Part shown: piece by piece, positions 38,070-49,194 of the stretch
Layout of the letters: each line of letters starts with the position of its first letter
Numbering within the stretch: position 1 is the first letter of the stretch
The notes under the pieces: generated by a model
What the model saw: only the letters and a program-made list of their open reading frames with translations
Database searches by the model: none
Told to the model about the DNA's origin: nothing
Made by a program: the position numbers and the translations under genes
From: Bacilli bacterium
GTDB taxonomy: Bacteria > Bacillota_I > Bacilli_A > RF39 > UBA660
DNA length: 64,000 nt
Reading direction: 5' to 3'
NCBI GenBank assembly: GCA_028709545.1
Contig: JAQVWT010000001.1
Location: 658-64,657, forward strand

Positions 38070-39273
38070 AATAAATTATCTTCGGGATATCATATTCTTT
38101 AACCATATATTTAAAATCAAATACTTTACTATATGTTACTGGGACTTTAACTTGAATTAAATTATTATTTAAATCTTGATCAATAGTTATATCATTATCA
38201 TATTCCGTTATATCATTATCAATAGGTTGAATTACTTCTTTTTCATCTTTTATTATAAAATGATGGTTTAAATTATCTTGATTGATTTCAAAAAAAAGTT
38301 TATTTTGCGTGTTATCAAGAATATAATATTGTCCATAGTTAAGTGGCACACTATTTTCGCCAAAATTATCGTTCATAATAATTTCGTCAACTAAATTATT
38401 ATTATTATCAAAAATTAGATAACTAAGACTTTCATCATTATTAAAACCTTCAACTGTTATTTTTCCACCAGGTACGATGATATCTATTGTTTTTTCGTTA
38501 TTAGATAATTTACCTGGCGACATTGTATCTAAATATTCACTGACATATATAAGCGGATCCTGAGAATAAAGTTCATATTTTTTATATAATTTAACTTTAT
38601 AATTTCCTGGCCTGTTTGCAGTTATTATTAATTTGTTATCTTTAATCAGTAAGTCTAAACCCTCTGTTTTGGCAACTTCAAACTGATTAATAACATTATT
38701 TTTATCATCACTTTCTAAAGTTTCACCTATCTTTATTTCGTTTAAATCTTTTTCAAAGCTGGGAATCAAAAAATGATTATCAATAAGTGTTTCTAATTCC
38801 CTTAGTTCATTTTCATACTTAATAACTCTGTTTCCATTGTAAATATCAGTAAAATAGATATCCCAATCTAGGCGCAAGTGTCTCCAAATAAGAAGCTGAG
38901 TTATTATATACCACTTAATATCTGAGTGATCCTGTTCTTCGGCTTGATAATTGTATCCATAATAAGCATATAGTTTTACTTTTTCCCATTGTTCATTTGT
39001 AATTACTGTGGTTTGAGAAACATCATTTGTTCCAGCAGCTGGTTTATTATCAAGCTTCATACCCGGTTCTATGCTATAAACCCAGTGGTTATCGCTATTT
39101 CTTCTTAAAACATCACCATAAAAATGCCATTTTAAAACCCAAGGTGTTTGTTTTCGAAAATAGATACCGTCAATCCTTTCTTTAACTACTATAAGATCTT
39201 GGGTATTATTTGCATGGCCCACCTTAGGAATAAACAATATTCCAATAATTAATATAATTAATATTTTTTTCAT
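38044..39273 (-). CDS. secreted protein (signal peptide) upstream of and overlapping the sortase; TED-like Q motif
   Basis: Signal peptide MKKILIILIIGILFIPKVGHA; no Cys in the mature protein; ITQLLIW resembles the ΦQxΦΦW thioester-domain motif; no LPXTG. Confidence 0.35.
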   Translation of the reverse strand: MKKILIILIIGILFIPKVGHANNTQDLIVVKERIDGIYFRKQTPWVLKWHFYGDVLRRNSDNHWVYSIEPGMKLDNKPAAGTNDVSQTTVITNEQWEKVKLYAYYGYNYQAEEQDHSDIKWYIITQLLIWRHLRLDWDIYFTDIYNGNRVIKYENELRELETLIDNHFLIPSFEKDLNEIKIGETLESDDKNNVINQFEVAKTEGLDLLIKDNKLIITANRPGNYKVKLYKKYELYSQDPLIYVSEYLDTMSPGKLSNNEKTIDIIVPGGKITVEGFNNDESLSYLIFDNNNNLVDEIIMNDNFGENSVPLNYGQYYILDNTQNKLFFEINQDNLNHHFIIKDEKEVIQPIDNDITEYDNDITIDQDLNNNLIQVKVPVTYSKVFDFKYMVKEYDIPKIIYYDKKKRKV

Positions 39274-39477
39274 ATAACCTCCTATTACTATACATTGTAA
39301 TAAGATGTCTCTTTTCCTTTTTTTAAAGATAAAGTATCTATATCATCCTAACGGGATATCCAAATGAAAATTTATACCAAAAATGATGTTAACATGCTAC
39401 TTGACATCATATTTAAAATAATATTTTAAAACAATTTTTATTTGCTATAATGTGGTTAAATATAAGGAGTAAAAGAA

Positions 39478-40464
39478 ATGGAAGAAAGAGAATATGAAAT
39501 AACTAATGAAATTTATGAAGAGGTTAAAGCAAAACCAATAGAATTAAGAACAGATTCCTATTTTGATGGAAAATTTATAGAATATTTAGGATATAAATTA
39601 CTTGCTTTTTTAATAACTGTTGCAACTTTGACAATTGCGAAGCCTTGGGCAGATAAACTAATTTTAGACTATAAAATTAACCATACTGTTTATAACGGTA
39701 AGAGATTAAAGTTTGAAGGAAAAGGAACTAGTTTATTTATCCAGAGATTTAAATGGATATTATTAACTATTGTTACTTTAGGGATTTACTCATTCTGGAT
39801 ACCAATTAAACAAAAACAATGGATTGTTTCAAATATTCATTTTGAAGATGAAGAATTTAATGAAAATGTAAGTATATTTGACGGTAAATTGATTCAATTA
39901 ATTGGTATAAATCTATTTACCTATTTACTTACCATAGTGTCATTTGGATTGTTATTTCCTTTTACAATTTGCTACAAACTAAAATGGGAAGCAAAACACA
40001 CAATAATTAATAGGAAGAAAATAGTATTTAATGGAAAAACAATGAGTCTAATTGGTCATTATTTATTATGGTGGTTTTTATCAATTATTACTTTTGGTAT
40101 ATACGGACTGTGGCTACCTATGAAAGTATATGGATGGCAAGTAAAAAACACTCATATTAAATTAAAAGATGAAGAAGAAGAAAAATCCTCTATGGTTCCA
40201 GCAGTAATTGGGGTTGTTCTATTTATCGTAATTATCTTTATCTTGGGGTCAATAATTCAAAAAACAGATTGGGATTTAAAAATACCAAACATTTTTAATA
40301 GCAATCGAGAAGAAGCAAATAGATGTCGCTGGGGTGGTGTATATCAAGGCGATGGAAGTTGTTATAATTACAAAGAAATGAGTGAAAGCCTTTGTGATAT
40401 GTTTAGCGGAGAATATCATTATGTTGATGGTATAGGTATGTGCGAATATTATCATGATCCTTAA
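39478..40464 (+). CDS. DUF898 (YjgN-like) repeat membrane protein with Cys-rich C-terminus
   Basis: Two copies of LLT..TLGIYSFW.P...WIV....F-type repeats; C-terminal CRWGG..C...C..C. Confidence 0.45.
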   Translation: MEEREYEITNEIYEEVKAKPIELRTDSYFDGKFIEYLGYKLLAFLITVATLTIAKPWADKLILDYKINHTVYNGKRLKFEGKGTSLFIQRFKWILLTIVTLGIYSFWIPIKQKQWIVSNIHFEDEEFNENVSIFDGKLIQLIGINLFTYLLTIVSFGLLFPFTICYKLKWEAKHTIINRKKIVFNGKTMSLIGHYLLWWFLSIITFGIYGLWLPMKVYGWQVKNTHIKLKDEEEEKSSMVPAVIGVVLFIVIIFILGSIIQKTDWDLKIPNIFNSNREEANRCRWGGVYQGDGSCYNYKEMSESLCDMFSGEYHYVDGIGMCEYYHDP

Positions 40465-40577
40465 GAAATTAATATTTTCAAAAGAGAGAAAAGTTAAAAA
40501 TATAATTTTAATCTTTTATATTTTTATACTGTTTTTTTAAAAAAATGATATACTTGACATATAAGGATGGTGTTTTT

Positions 40578-42806
40578 ATGCTGAGACTCAAAGATGTTTC
40601 AAAATTTTATTATAATAAAGGAATTATTTCAAGTGGTTTTACTAAAGTTAATGCTGAGTTTAACCTAGGAGAATTTGTTGTGATTACCGGAGAATCTGGT
40701 TCTGGTAAATCAACTTTACTTAATGTCCTATCAGGAATTGATTCATATGAAGAAGGGGAGATGTACATAAATGGTGAGGAGACAAGTCACTATTTAGAAG
40801 CTCAATTTGAAAATTATCGTAAGAAATATATTGGTAATATATTTCAAAATTTTAATTTAGTTAATAGTTATACTGTTTACCAGAATATTGAGTTGGTACT
40901 ACTAATTAATGGTTATAAAAAAACTGATATTAAAGATAAAGTATTAAGGATTTTAAAAGAAGTTGATTTGTACCGTTTTAGAAAAACTAAAGTATCAAAG
41001 TTATCTGGTGGTCAGAAACAAAGAGTTGCAATTGCTAGAGCGCTTGCAAAAGAGTCACCAATTATAATTGCTGATGAACCAACTGGTAATTTAGACAGCC
41101 GATCAGCAGCAAGTATTTTAGAAATTCTTCATAGAATATCTAAAGATAAATTAGTAATAATTGTTACTCATAATTATGATAGTATCGAAAAATATGTAAC
41201 CAGAAAAATAAAAATGCATGATGGAAAGATAGTTGAAGATAAAGTTATTAATAAAAATAAAGAAGATATTTCACTAGTTGCAAGTCAATATAAAAATATG
41301 TCTTTGTTATATAAATTAAAACTTGGGCTAAGAAATACTTTTAATATTATTCCTAAATTTTTATTAATCTCTTTAGTATTTTTATTTATGGCATCAGTAC
41401 TTCTTGTTGAGTATTCTGGTTTTAAAAAATTAGATTATGAAGAAAGCAAAATGGGCTATAACAATTATTTTAGAAACACTGATGATAAACGAATTATTAT
41501 TCAAAAAAAGGATCTGGGAGTAATAACTGAAGAAGATTACGAAAAGATAAATAATCTTTCTAATATAGATTATCTAATTGAAGATGATTTAGTTTTAGAT
41601 AATGAAGTGATGTTTGTACATGATGCATCAAACTTATATTTATATGGAACAATTAAAGAATTATCTAAATTTGACGGTGATGTAGACTTAGGGAGACTGC
41701 CAGAGGCGGATAATGAACTGATTTTTATTGGTTCTAAAGATGGGTATTATATTTCTGAGCAAAGCAAAGAAATCTTAGATGCTAAGTTTGAAATAGAAAA
41801 TCCATACAGTTATGGCGCAAGAGTAGGTTCTTATAAAATAGTTGGGATAAAATATAGTGAAGAATATAGTGGGGATGGACAATATGTGTTTTATTCACCG
41901 GATTCAATATTTGCAACAGTTAAGAAATTCTCTGATGAGCGTTATAGTTCATTTGAGCTGTTATTATCAGATAAAATTTATAAACCAGAATATTGGAATT
42001 CTTATATGAAAATAGAAGCAAATGATAAAGTTCCTGTAGGATCAGCCTATACTAGTGCAGATATGAATTATGAGTGCTCGGGAGGAACATGCCTGCGGAA
42101 AACTTTAAATATAACTAATAATAATATTTACTATGAAAAAAATATTGATATTAAGATTACTAAAAATTATACTAAAAATACATTTACCTCTTTAACTGGA
42201 TTAAAAGAATATAAAGAAAATAATGGTAAAATTTATATAAATCCCGATGATTATGAATCACTTTTTAATCGTAGTAATTTTCAAAGTTCAGTTTTTGTTA
42301 AAAATATTAAAGAAATTGACAAAACCAATGCGGAAATCGAAAATTTAGGTTTTAAAACTCTGATGGTTAAAGATACTTTGGTTAACTGGAGTGAGGGGAC
42401 TAGCCAAGCATTAAGAATAATCCAGTTAGTTGTTACAATTGTTTTAATAATTGTCATGTTCTTTATTTCTTACTTTATAATTAAGATAATATTAAAATCA
42501 AGAAATATTTATTTTACAACTATTAGAATTTTAGGTGCATCTAAAAAAGAGAGTAAACAGCTTTTAGATATTGAACTTTTAACAATTACTAATTTAACTT
42601 ATTTTCTCTTAATTGGATTTTTGTTACTAGTATATTATAATATTATAAAATTTAGCTATATTAAAGATTTAATGACTTATATTAGGATTATTGATTATGT
42701 CATTGTTTATCTAATTTTAATTATAATGACTCAGCTTATTTCAAGTAAGTTTGCCAAGAGCTTATTTAAAAAATCAGCAATGAAGACATTTAATGAGGTG
42801 GTTTAA
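40578..42806 (+). CDS. MacB-type fused ABC transporter (ATPase + FtsX-like permease)
   Basis: Walker A GESGSGKST, signature LSGGQKQR, Walker B IIADEPT; C-terminal multi-TM FtsX-like region; start at ATG after RBS AAGGATGG (track 40545). Confidence 0.7.
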   Translation: MLRLKDVSKFYYNKGIISSGFTKVNAEFNLGEFVVITGESGSGKSTLLNVLSGIDSYEEGEMYINGEETSHYLEAQFENYRKKYIGNIFQNFNLVNSYTVYQNIELVLLINGYKKTDIKDKVLRILKEVDLYRFRKTKVSKLSGGQKQRVAIARALAKESPIIIADEPTGNLDSRSAASILEILHRISKDKLVIIVTHNYDSIEKYVTRKIKMHDGKIVEDKVINKNKEDISLVASQYKNMSLLYKLKLGLRNTFNIIPKFLLISLVFLFMASVLLVEYSGFKKLDYEESKMGYNNYFRNTDDKRIIIQKKDLGVITEEDYEKINNLSNIDYLIEDDLVLDNEVMFVHDASNLYLYGTIKELSKFDGDVDLGRLPEADNELIFIGSKDGYYISEQSKEILDAKFEIENPYSYGARVGSYKIVGIKYSEEYSGDGQYVFYSPDSIFATVKKFSDERYSSFELLLSDKIYKPEYWNSYMKIEANDKVPVGSAYTSADMNYECSGGTCLRKTLNITNNNIYYEKNIDIKITKNYTKNTFTSLTGLKEYKENNGKIYINPDDYESLFNRSNFQSSVFVKNIKEIDKTNAEIENLGFKTLMVKDTLVNWSEGTSQALRIIQLVVTIVLIIVMFFISYFIIKIILKSRNIYFTTIRILGASKKESKQLLDIELLTITNLTYFLLIGFLLLVYYNIIKFSYIKDLMTYIRIIDYVIVYLILIIMTQLISSKFAKSLFKKSAMKTFNEVV

Positions 42807-45278
42807 ATGATAAAAATAGAAAATGTTAATAAATACTTTAATAGACGCAAAAAAAATGAAATTCATGTTATTAATAATACAACCTTAAGTTTTGATAAAA
42901 CAGGATTAGTTGCCCTTCTTGGACCATCAGGATGTGGTAAAACAACACTTTTAAATGTAATTGGCGGACTTGATAAAGTTAATAAAGGTAAAATCTATAT
43001 TAATGGCGAAAGAATAACTAAAAGAAGAGTTAATAAAATTGATAAAATTAGAAATTTAAATATTGGTTATATATTTCAAGATTATAAATTAGTTGAAGAT
43101 ATGTCGGTTTTTGATAATATTGCACTTGTTTTAAAAATGGTCGGTATTAAAGATAAAAAAGAAATAAAAACAAGGGTAGATTATGTTCTTGAGACACTTA
43201 ATATCTACCGCTATCGTAATCGCCCAGCTAGCATGTTATCTGGTGGTGAAAGGCAAAGGGTTGGTATTGCCAGAGCAATCGTCAAAGATCCTGATATTAT
43301 AATAGCTGATGAACCAACTGGTAATTTAGATTCTAAAAACACTTTAGAGATAATGAATATTATCAAATCAATATCTAAAAACAGATTAGTAATTTTAGTT
43401 ACTCATGAAAGAAATTTAGCCGAATTTTATGCATCAAGAATTATTGAAATTAAAGATGGTAAAATTGATTTAGATTATATTAATAATAATGAAAGAGATC
43501 TTGACTATACAATTGAAAACAATATTTATTTAAAAGATTTCAAAAATAAAGAGGCAATGACTAAAGAGAATATTAATATTGATTTTTATTCAGATGCAAA
43601 AGAAAAAATTGATTTAGATATTGTTATTAAAAATGGAAATTTTTATATTAGAAGTAATACATCTGATAAGATTCAAATTATTGATGATGCATCAGGTATT
43701 GAACTTCTTGATGAACATTATAAAAAAATTGATAAAAGTGTTTATCAAAAATATGAATTTAACTTCTCAGAAATTATTAATAAAAATATTAAAAAGCGTT
43801 ATAGTTCAATTTTAAATTTATTTACACTTGTAATAAATGGTTTTAAAAAGATTGTTGATTATAGTTTAGTTAGAAAACTTCTACTACTCGGTTTCCTTGC
43901 ATCAAGTATGTTTATTATGTTTTCATTATCGAGAATATTTGGAGTTTTAAATATTCAAGATGAAGACTTTGTTTCTTATAATAAGAATTATTTACAAATT
44001 GTAATGCCTAAAATAGATGTTGATGATTATTTAAAGTATGAAGAAGAGGATATAGTAGAATACTTGCTACCAGGAAATTCAATGGTTGGGTTTAATATGA
44101 ATTTTAATGATTATTATCAAACAGTTGATGCAACAGGAAGTTTAAGTGGTTCACTGTCAAGCACCCAGATGATTACCAAAGAAGATTTAGTTTATGGTAA
44201 TCTTCCAGAAAGTGAATATGAAGTTGTTGTTGACAAGATAGTAATAACCAACATGTTTAATAGTAAAAATCCTCAACAGGCCGGAATTTTAAAAGACGAA
44301 GATTTACTTAATCGGGAAATTACTATTCCAAATATGAAACCTTTTAAAATAGTTGGTATAACAGATCTTCAAAGCCCATCTATTTATGCAAACCCGAACC
44401 AACTTCTTAATATTATTGCAAATTCTGTAGGGGCGAAAGAGAACTCTTATAGTTATTTTGGGGCGATGACAACTGAAGTTTATTATGTAGATGTTCAAGA
44501 TGAAAACGCTCTAAATTTACTAGATTATAATTTATTAAAAGATGAAATAAAATTAAAAAGAGGTAAGTGGCCAGAAAATGATTATGAGATAGTAGTAAAT
44601 TATGATTATCGCTACCAAATGCCACTTAATAAAACCATTGATGCAAAAATAAATAGTCAAAAGTTAAAAGTAGTAGGGTATTATGAATCAAAAGAAAACT
44701 ATAATTATTATTTAATTAGTCCATCTACTTTAAAATATAGTTTAATTAATACTTTAGACAATATTACGGTATACGCTAAAGATAAAGAGGTAGGTCTTCA
44801 AACATTTAGAGATAAAACTTTAAATATTAGTGATACTTATGATATTGCTAAAAATTTATATAAAGAAGAGACTAAAGATTCAGTATTAAGTACGCTTGTA
44901 GTTTCAGGGATAATATTATTAATTTCTTTAATTGAAATATTCTTAATGATTCGTTCTTCATTCTTATCAAGGATTAAAGAAATAGGTATTTTTAGAGCAA
45001 TAGGTGTTAAAAAAAGCGATATTTATAAGATGTTTACTGGAGAGATTATTGCAATTACTAGTCTAGCTTGTATTAGTGGATCTGTTTTAATGGCTTATAT
45101 AATAAAAGTTTTAACAGAAGTGAATTTTATGAAAAAACTCTTTGTAATTAATCCATATATTGTCGGTTTATCACTGCTAATTTGTTTTGTCTTTAACTTA
45201 GTCGTTGGTATTATTCCGGTTTATAATACAATTAGAAAAACACCAGCACAGATACTTGCACGCCATGATTTAGATTAA
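42807..45278 (+). CDS. MacB-type fused ABC transporter (ATPase + FtsX-like permease), second copy
   Basis: GPSGCGKTT, LSGGERQR, IIADEPT; large extracytoplasmic segment; C-terminal FtsX-like TMs; start abuts the previous stop. Confidence 0.7.
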   Translation: MIKIENVNKYFNRRKKNEIHVINNTTLSFDKTGLVALLGPSGCGKTTLLNVIGGLDKVNKGKIYINGERITKRRVNKIDKIRNLNIGYIFQDYKLVEDMSVFDNIALVLKMVGIKDKKEIKTRVDYVLETLNIYRYRNRPASMLSGGERQRVGIARAIVKDPDIIIADEPTGNLDSKNTLEIMNIIKSISKNRLVILVTHERNLAEFYASRIIEIKDGKIDLDYINNNERDLDYTIENNIYLKDFKNKEAMTKENINIDFYSDAKEKIDLDIVIKNGNFYIRSNTSDKIQIIDDASGIELLDEHYKKIDKSVYQKYEFNFSEIINKNIKKRYSSILNLFTLVINGFKKIVDYSLVRKLLLLGFLASSMFIMFSLSRIFGVLNIQDEDFVSYNKNYLQIVMPKIDVDDYLKYEEEDIVEYLLPGNSMVGFNMNFNDYYQTVDATGSLSGSLSSTQMITKEDLVYGNLPESEYEVVVDKIVITNMFNSKNPQQAGILKDEDLLNREITIPNMKPFKIVGITDLQSPSIYANPNQLLNIIANSVGAKENSYSYFGAMTTEVYYVDVQDENALNLLDYNLLKDEIKLKRGKWPENDYEIVVNYDYRYQMPLNKTIDAKINSQKLKVVGYYESKENYNYYLISPSTLKYSLINTLDNITVYAKDKEVGLQTFRDKTLNISDTYDIAKNLYKEETKDSVLSTLVVSGIILLISLIEIFLMIRSSFLSRIKEIGIFRAIGVKKSDIYKMFTGEIIAITSLACISGSVLMAYIIKVLTEVNFMKKLFVINPYIVGLSLLICFVFNLVVGIIPVYNTIRKTPAQILARHDLD

Positions 45279-45348
45279 TATATATCAAATACTAAATCAA
45301 TTAGAACAAACTTTAAATAAGTGTTATACTACTTAATGGTGATACAAT

Positions 45349-46224
45349 ATGAAATTAAAAAAACTAGGTGATAAAACATATATTATCGATTCGCATAATA
45401 AAGTTGGTATTTATTTAATAAATAAAACAGATGTTGCGATTATTGATACAGGTTTAAGTGATTCAGTAGGCAAAGAAATAATGGAAATCTGTAATAGTCA
45501 AAACTGGCAAATAAAGATGATCCTAAATACTCATTCTCATCCAGATCATATCGGGGGCAATCATATAATTCAAGAACAATTAAAGGTTAAGATTTATGCA
45601 CCTAAAACAGAGAAAATATTTATTGAGAATCCAGAGCTAACTAGTATTATTAGCTACGGAGGAAATCCTCACAAATATTTAAATAATCCTTATTTAGTAC
45701 CAAAAGCAAGTGTAGTTAATGAACTATCTAAAGCAATATTACCAGAGGGTTTAGAATATTTTAATCTTCCAGGTCATAACAGTGAGATGGTTGGTTTTAA
45801 AACTAGTGATGATATTTATTTTTTAGCGGATGCTGTTGCCGGAGAAGATATTATAAAAAAACATGAATTACAGTTTATTTATGATATTCAAAAATATTTT
45901 GAAACTCTCGATTTTATTAAAAGTTTGGATGGTAAACTATTTGTTCCAAGCCATGGTGAAAATTTTATAGATAATAAATTTATAGTTAAATTAAATTATG
46001 ATAATACTATTAATATTATTAATTATATAAAAAAAATTTGTTTTAAAAAAGCAACCTTTGAAACGATCTTAAAAAACATTTTTGAAACATATAATTTAAA
46101 AATGGATTTTATTCAGTATTCTTTTATAAGTCTAACTATTAAAGGGTATTTAACTTATATGCTAAATAATGATATGTTAAAAGTCCAGTTTACGGAAAAT
46201 GAACAATTTTGGATAACTTTGTAG
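45349..46224 (+). CDS. MBL-fold metallo-hydrolase
   Basis: HSHPDHIGG (HxHxDH motif). Confidence 0.65.
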   Translation: MKLKKLGDKTYIIDSHNKVGIYLINKTDVAIIDTGLSDSVGKEIMEICNSQNWQIKMILNTHSHPDHIGGNHIIQEQLKVKIYAPKTEKIFIENPELTSIISYGGNPHKYLNNPYLVPKASVVNELSKAILPEGLEYFNLPGHNSEMVGFKTSDDIYFLADAVAGEDIIKKHELQFIYDIQKYFETLDFIKSLDGKLFVPSHGENFIDNKFIVKLNYDNTINIINYIKKICFKKATFETILKNIFETYNLKMDFIQYSFISLTIKGYLTYMLNNDMLKVQFTENEQFWITL

Positions 46225-46284
46225 TTATCCTTTTTTAATTACTAAATTTCGTGTATAATTAAGATAATAAAGAGGTGGATAAAA

Positions 46285-48609
46285 GTGAAAACAGAATTAG
46301 AAAAGATTGATGAATATTTTCGGGTTTTAAATTATTTATCATGTGCTCAAATATATTTAAAAGATAACCCTTTGTTAAAAAGACCGTTAATAAAAGAAGA
46401 TATTAAAACCAAATTAATAGGTCACTGGGGAAGTGCTCCCGGACAAAATTTTATATATTTGCATTTAAATAGGGTTATAAATAAATATGATTTAAACATG
46501 TTTTATATATCAGGGCCTGGGCATAGTGGACAAGTTGTATTTGGGGCATCTTACATAGAAGGAACATATTCTGAAGTATATCCAGAGATTACTCAAAATG
46601 AAGAGGGATTAAAAAAATTATGTAAATATTTTAGCTTTCCAGGTGGGACATCAAGTCATGCATCACCCGAAGTTCCTGGCTCAATAAATGAGGGCGGAGA
46701 ACTTGGCTATAGTCTTTCGCATGCCTTTGGCGCAGTCCTAGATAACCCAGATTTAATAGCAGCTTGTGTTGTCGGTGATGGTGAGGCAGAAACTGGGCCA
46801 CTTGCTGCTTCTTGGCATGCTAATAAACTCCTTGATCCGGTTGAAGATGGAGTAGTACTTCCTATTTTACATTTAAATGGATATAAAATAGCAAATCCAA
46901 CAATTTTAGCAAGGATACCAGAAGAAGAATTAATTAAGTATTTTGAAGGAATGGGTTATCATCCCTATCTAGTAGAAGGCGATGAGCCACTAGTGATGCA
47001 TCAAAAAATGATGAGAGTAATGGATGAAGTCGTTTTAGAAATAAAAAACATTAAGAATAGAGCTAAAATTACGGGAGATAAAGCAAGACCGACGTGGCCG
47101 ATGATTATATTAAAAACTCCAAAAGGATGGCTTGGACTTGATAGTTATGAAGGAAAACAAATTTCAGGTACATTTAGAGCACATCAAGTACCGATTCCGG
47201 GTGGGGGAACAGAAGAAAATATAAAACTTCTAGAAGAGTGGTTAAAAAGTTATCAAGTAGACAATCTTTTTGATGAAAATGGGAAATTAGTTAGTTATTT
47301 AAGAGACCTTGCTCCAAAAGGAAATAAAAGAATGAGTGCAAGTCCTCATACTAATGGTGGTTTATTATTAAAAGAATTAGATATTCCTGATTATACTCCA
47401 TTTGCTTTAAACTTAAATAGCCATGGGAGTGTGGATGCAAGTGATATGAGCGTTCTTGGGTCTTACATAAGAGAAGTAGTAAGAAAAAATTCTAATTTTA
47501 AAATATTTGGACCAGATGAGGCTCTTTCTAATAAACTTGGTCCTGTATTTGAAGTTACAAACCGAAAATTTAATGCAGAAACTTATGAATATGATGAATT
47601 TTTAGCAAGTGATGGAGCAGTAATAGATAGTATTTTATCAGAACATCTTTGTCAAGGGATGTTAGAGGGATATATTTTAACGGGAAGACATGGATTTTTT
47701 CATAGTTATGAGGCATTTATTAGAATAGTAGACTCTATGGCATCTCAACATGCAAAATGGCTTAAAATGTGTAGCGAGATTCCTTGGCGAGCACCTATTT
47801 CGTCTCTTAATTATATATTAACTAGTCATTGCTGGCAGCAAGATCATAACGGTTTTACTCACCAAGATCCAGGTTTTCTTAACCATTTAGTGACTAAGAA
47901 ACCAAGTATAACAAGGATATATTTACCATGCGATGCAAATACACTTCTTTCATGTTTTCACCATATAATTGGAACTAAAAATTATATAAATGTTATAGTT
48001 GCTTCCAAACACGATCGACCTCAGTGGCTTAATATTGAAGAGGCAAAAATACACTGTGCTAAGGGTGCTGATATATTCCCATGGGCAAGTGATGATGAAC
48101 CAGATGTAGTTTTAGGATGCGCTGGAGATACGCCGACACTGGAAGTAATAGCTGCAAAACAAATACTAAAAGAAAATATTCCTGAACTAAAAGTTAGAGT
48201 AGTTAATGTGGTTGATTTAATGAAACTTGTTTCAAATTATCATCATCCTCATGGTTTAACAGATGATGAATACAATAATTTATTTACTGTCGATAAACCA
48301 ATTATTTTTGCTTTTCATGGGTACCCAGATTTAATTCATCAACTAACATACAAAAGAGATAATCAAAATTTACATGTTCACGGATATATAGAAGAAGGAA
48401 CAATTACAACTCCATTTGATATGCGCGTAAAAAACAAAATTGACCGCTACCACTTAGTACTTGATGTTTTAAAATATGTTAAATTAGATGAAGAAAAAAT
48501 CAAAAAATTAACTCAAAAATGTGAAGAAACATTAAAATATCATGAAGAGTATATTAAAGAACATGGAACTGATATTCCAGAAGTAATTAACTTTAAATGG
48601 AGGGACTAA
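46285..48609 (+). CDS. xfp: phosphoketolase (xylulose-5-P/fructose-6-P)
   Basis: GHWGSAPGQNFIYLHLNR and downstream conserved phosphoketolase blocks; ~774 aa; GTG start with RBS AAGAGGTGG. Confidence 0.8.
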   Translation: MKTELEKIDEYFRVLNYLSCAQIYLKDNPLLKRPLIKEDIKTKLIGHWGSAPGQNFIYLHLNRVINKYDLNMFYISGPGHSGQVVFGASYIEGTYSEVYPEITQNEEGLKKLCKYFSFPGGTSSHASPEVPGSINEGGELGYSLSHAFGAVLDNPDLIAACVVGDGEAETGPLAASWHANKLLDPVEDGVVLPILHLNGYKIANPTILARIPEEELIKYFEGMGYHPYLVEGDEPLVMHQKMMRVMDEVVLEIKNIKNRAKITGDKARPTWPMIILKTPKGWLGLDSYEGKQISGTFRAHQVPIPGGGTEENIKLLEEWLKSYQVDNLFDENGKLVSYLRDLAPKGNKRMSASPHTNGGLLLKELDIPDYTPFALNLNSHGSVDASDMSVLGSYIREVVRKNSNFKIFGPDEALSNKLGPVFEVTNRKFNAETYEYDEFLASDGAVIDSILSEHLCQGMLEGYILTGRHGFFHSYEAFIRIVDSMASQHAKWLKMCSEIPWRAPISSLNYILTSHCWQQDHNGFTHQDPGFLNHLVTKKPSITRIYLPCDANTLLSCFHHIIGTKNYINVIVASKHDRPQWLNIEEAKIHCAKGADIFPWASDDEPDVVLGCAGDTPTLEVIAAKQILKENIPELKVRVVNVVDLMKLVSNYHHPHGLTDDEYNNLFTVDKPIIFAFHGYPDLIHQLTYKRDNQNLHVHGYIEEGTITTPFDMRVKNKIDRYHLVLDVLKYVKLDEEKIKKLTQKCEETLKYHEEYIKEHGTDIPEVINFKWRD

Positions 48610-48644
48610 GTCCTTCTTTTTTTCAAAAAAAAACAACATAGTTG

Positions 48645-49178
48645 TTAATTTAACTTAAATAAGTCGTTGATTGTTCCTTCATAAACTAATTTTAAATTCT
48701 CAAGTTCAACAAGGTCTTTTGGTTTAATTAAAGAATAATCTTTATCAAAATCAGTTATTCCTGAATCTATTAAAACTTTTGCACAAAACTGACTACAAAC
48801 ATAATGATATTTTCTTTGATATCTTAGATTAAAATTAATCATTGGAAGTCCTTTAATATTATATTTATATTTACTTGCATTGTTAATGAATTTTTCTTTT
48901 AAAATTAGTTTTAATGTTTCATGTTGCTTAGCAGTCACTTCTAGTTCATATATTTTAGTGACTGAATTAGTGTAAACAGTTGAAATTAATTTTAGATTTT
49001 CTTCAATAAATCCCGCCGGTAAAATTCTCCGAGGATTTTTTCTTCCAAAAGAATACACTTTTTTAAATTCTTTATCAAGAGATAAACTAATATGCACATA
49101 TTTTTCTTCTGAGAATAAAGTTAAGAATCTTGAAAAAATTGTCCCAGTATATGATGCCATAATATATATTTTTTTCAT
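48645..49178 (-). CDS. hypothetical; possible permuted papain-like (YiiX / NlpC-P60 superfamily)
   Basis: KYHYVCSQFCAKVL motif after an N-terminal His-containing block; weak. Confidence 0.25.
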   Translation of the reverse strand: MKKIYIMASYTGTIFSRFLTLFSEEKYVHISLSLDKEFKKVYSFGRKNPRRILPAGFIEENLKLISTVYTNSVTKIYELEVTAKQHETLKLILKEKFINNASKYKYNIKGLPMINFNLRYQRKYHYVCSQFCAKVLIDSGITDFDKDYSLIKPKDLVELENLKLVYEGTINDLFKLN

Positions 49179-49194
49179 AATACTCCTTTAAAAT

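Noticed and set aside
38044-39273. Calling the 409-aa protein a bona fide thioester-domain adhesin
   Set aside because: The Gln motif ITQLLIW is suggestive, but the protein has no cysteine at all. A thioester is therefore impossible, and an ester or isopeptide variant is speculative. I kept it only as a low-interest note.
43621-44625. Short ORFs inside the second MacB-like gene (43621..43815 +, 44304..44498 -, 44413..44625 -)
   Set aside because: They are embedded in or antisense to an 823-aa gene with intact ABC motifs.
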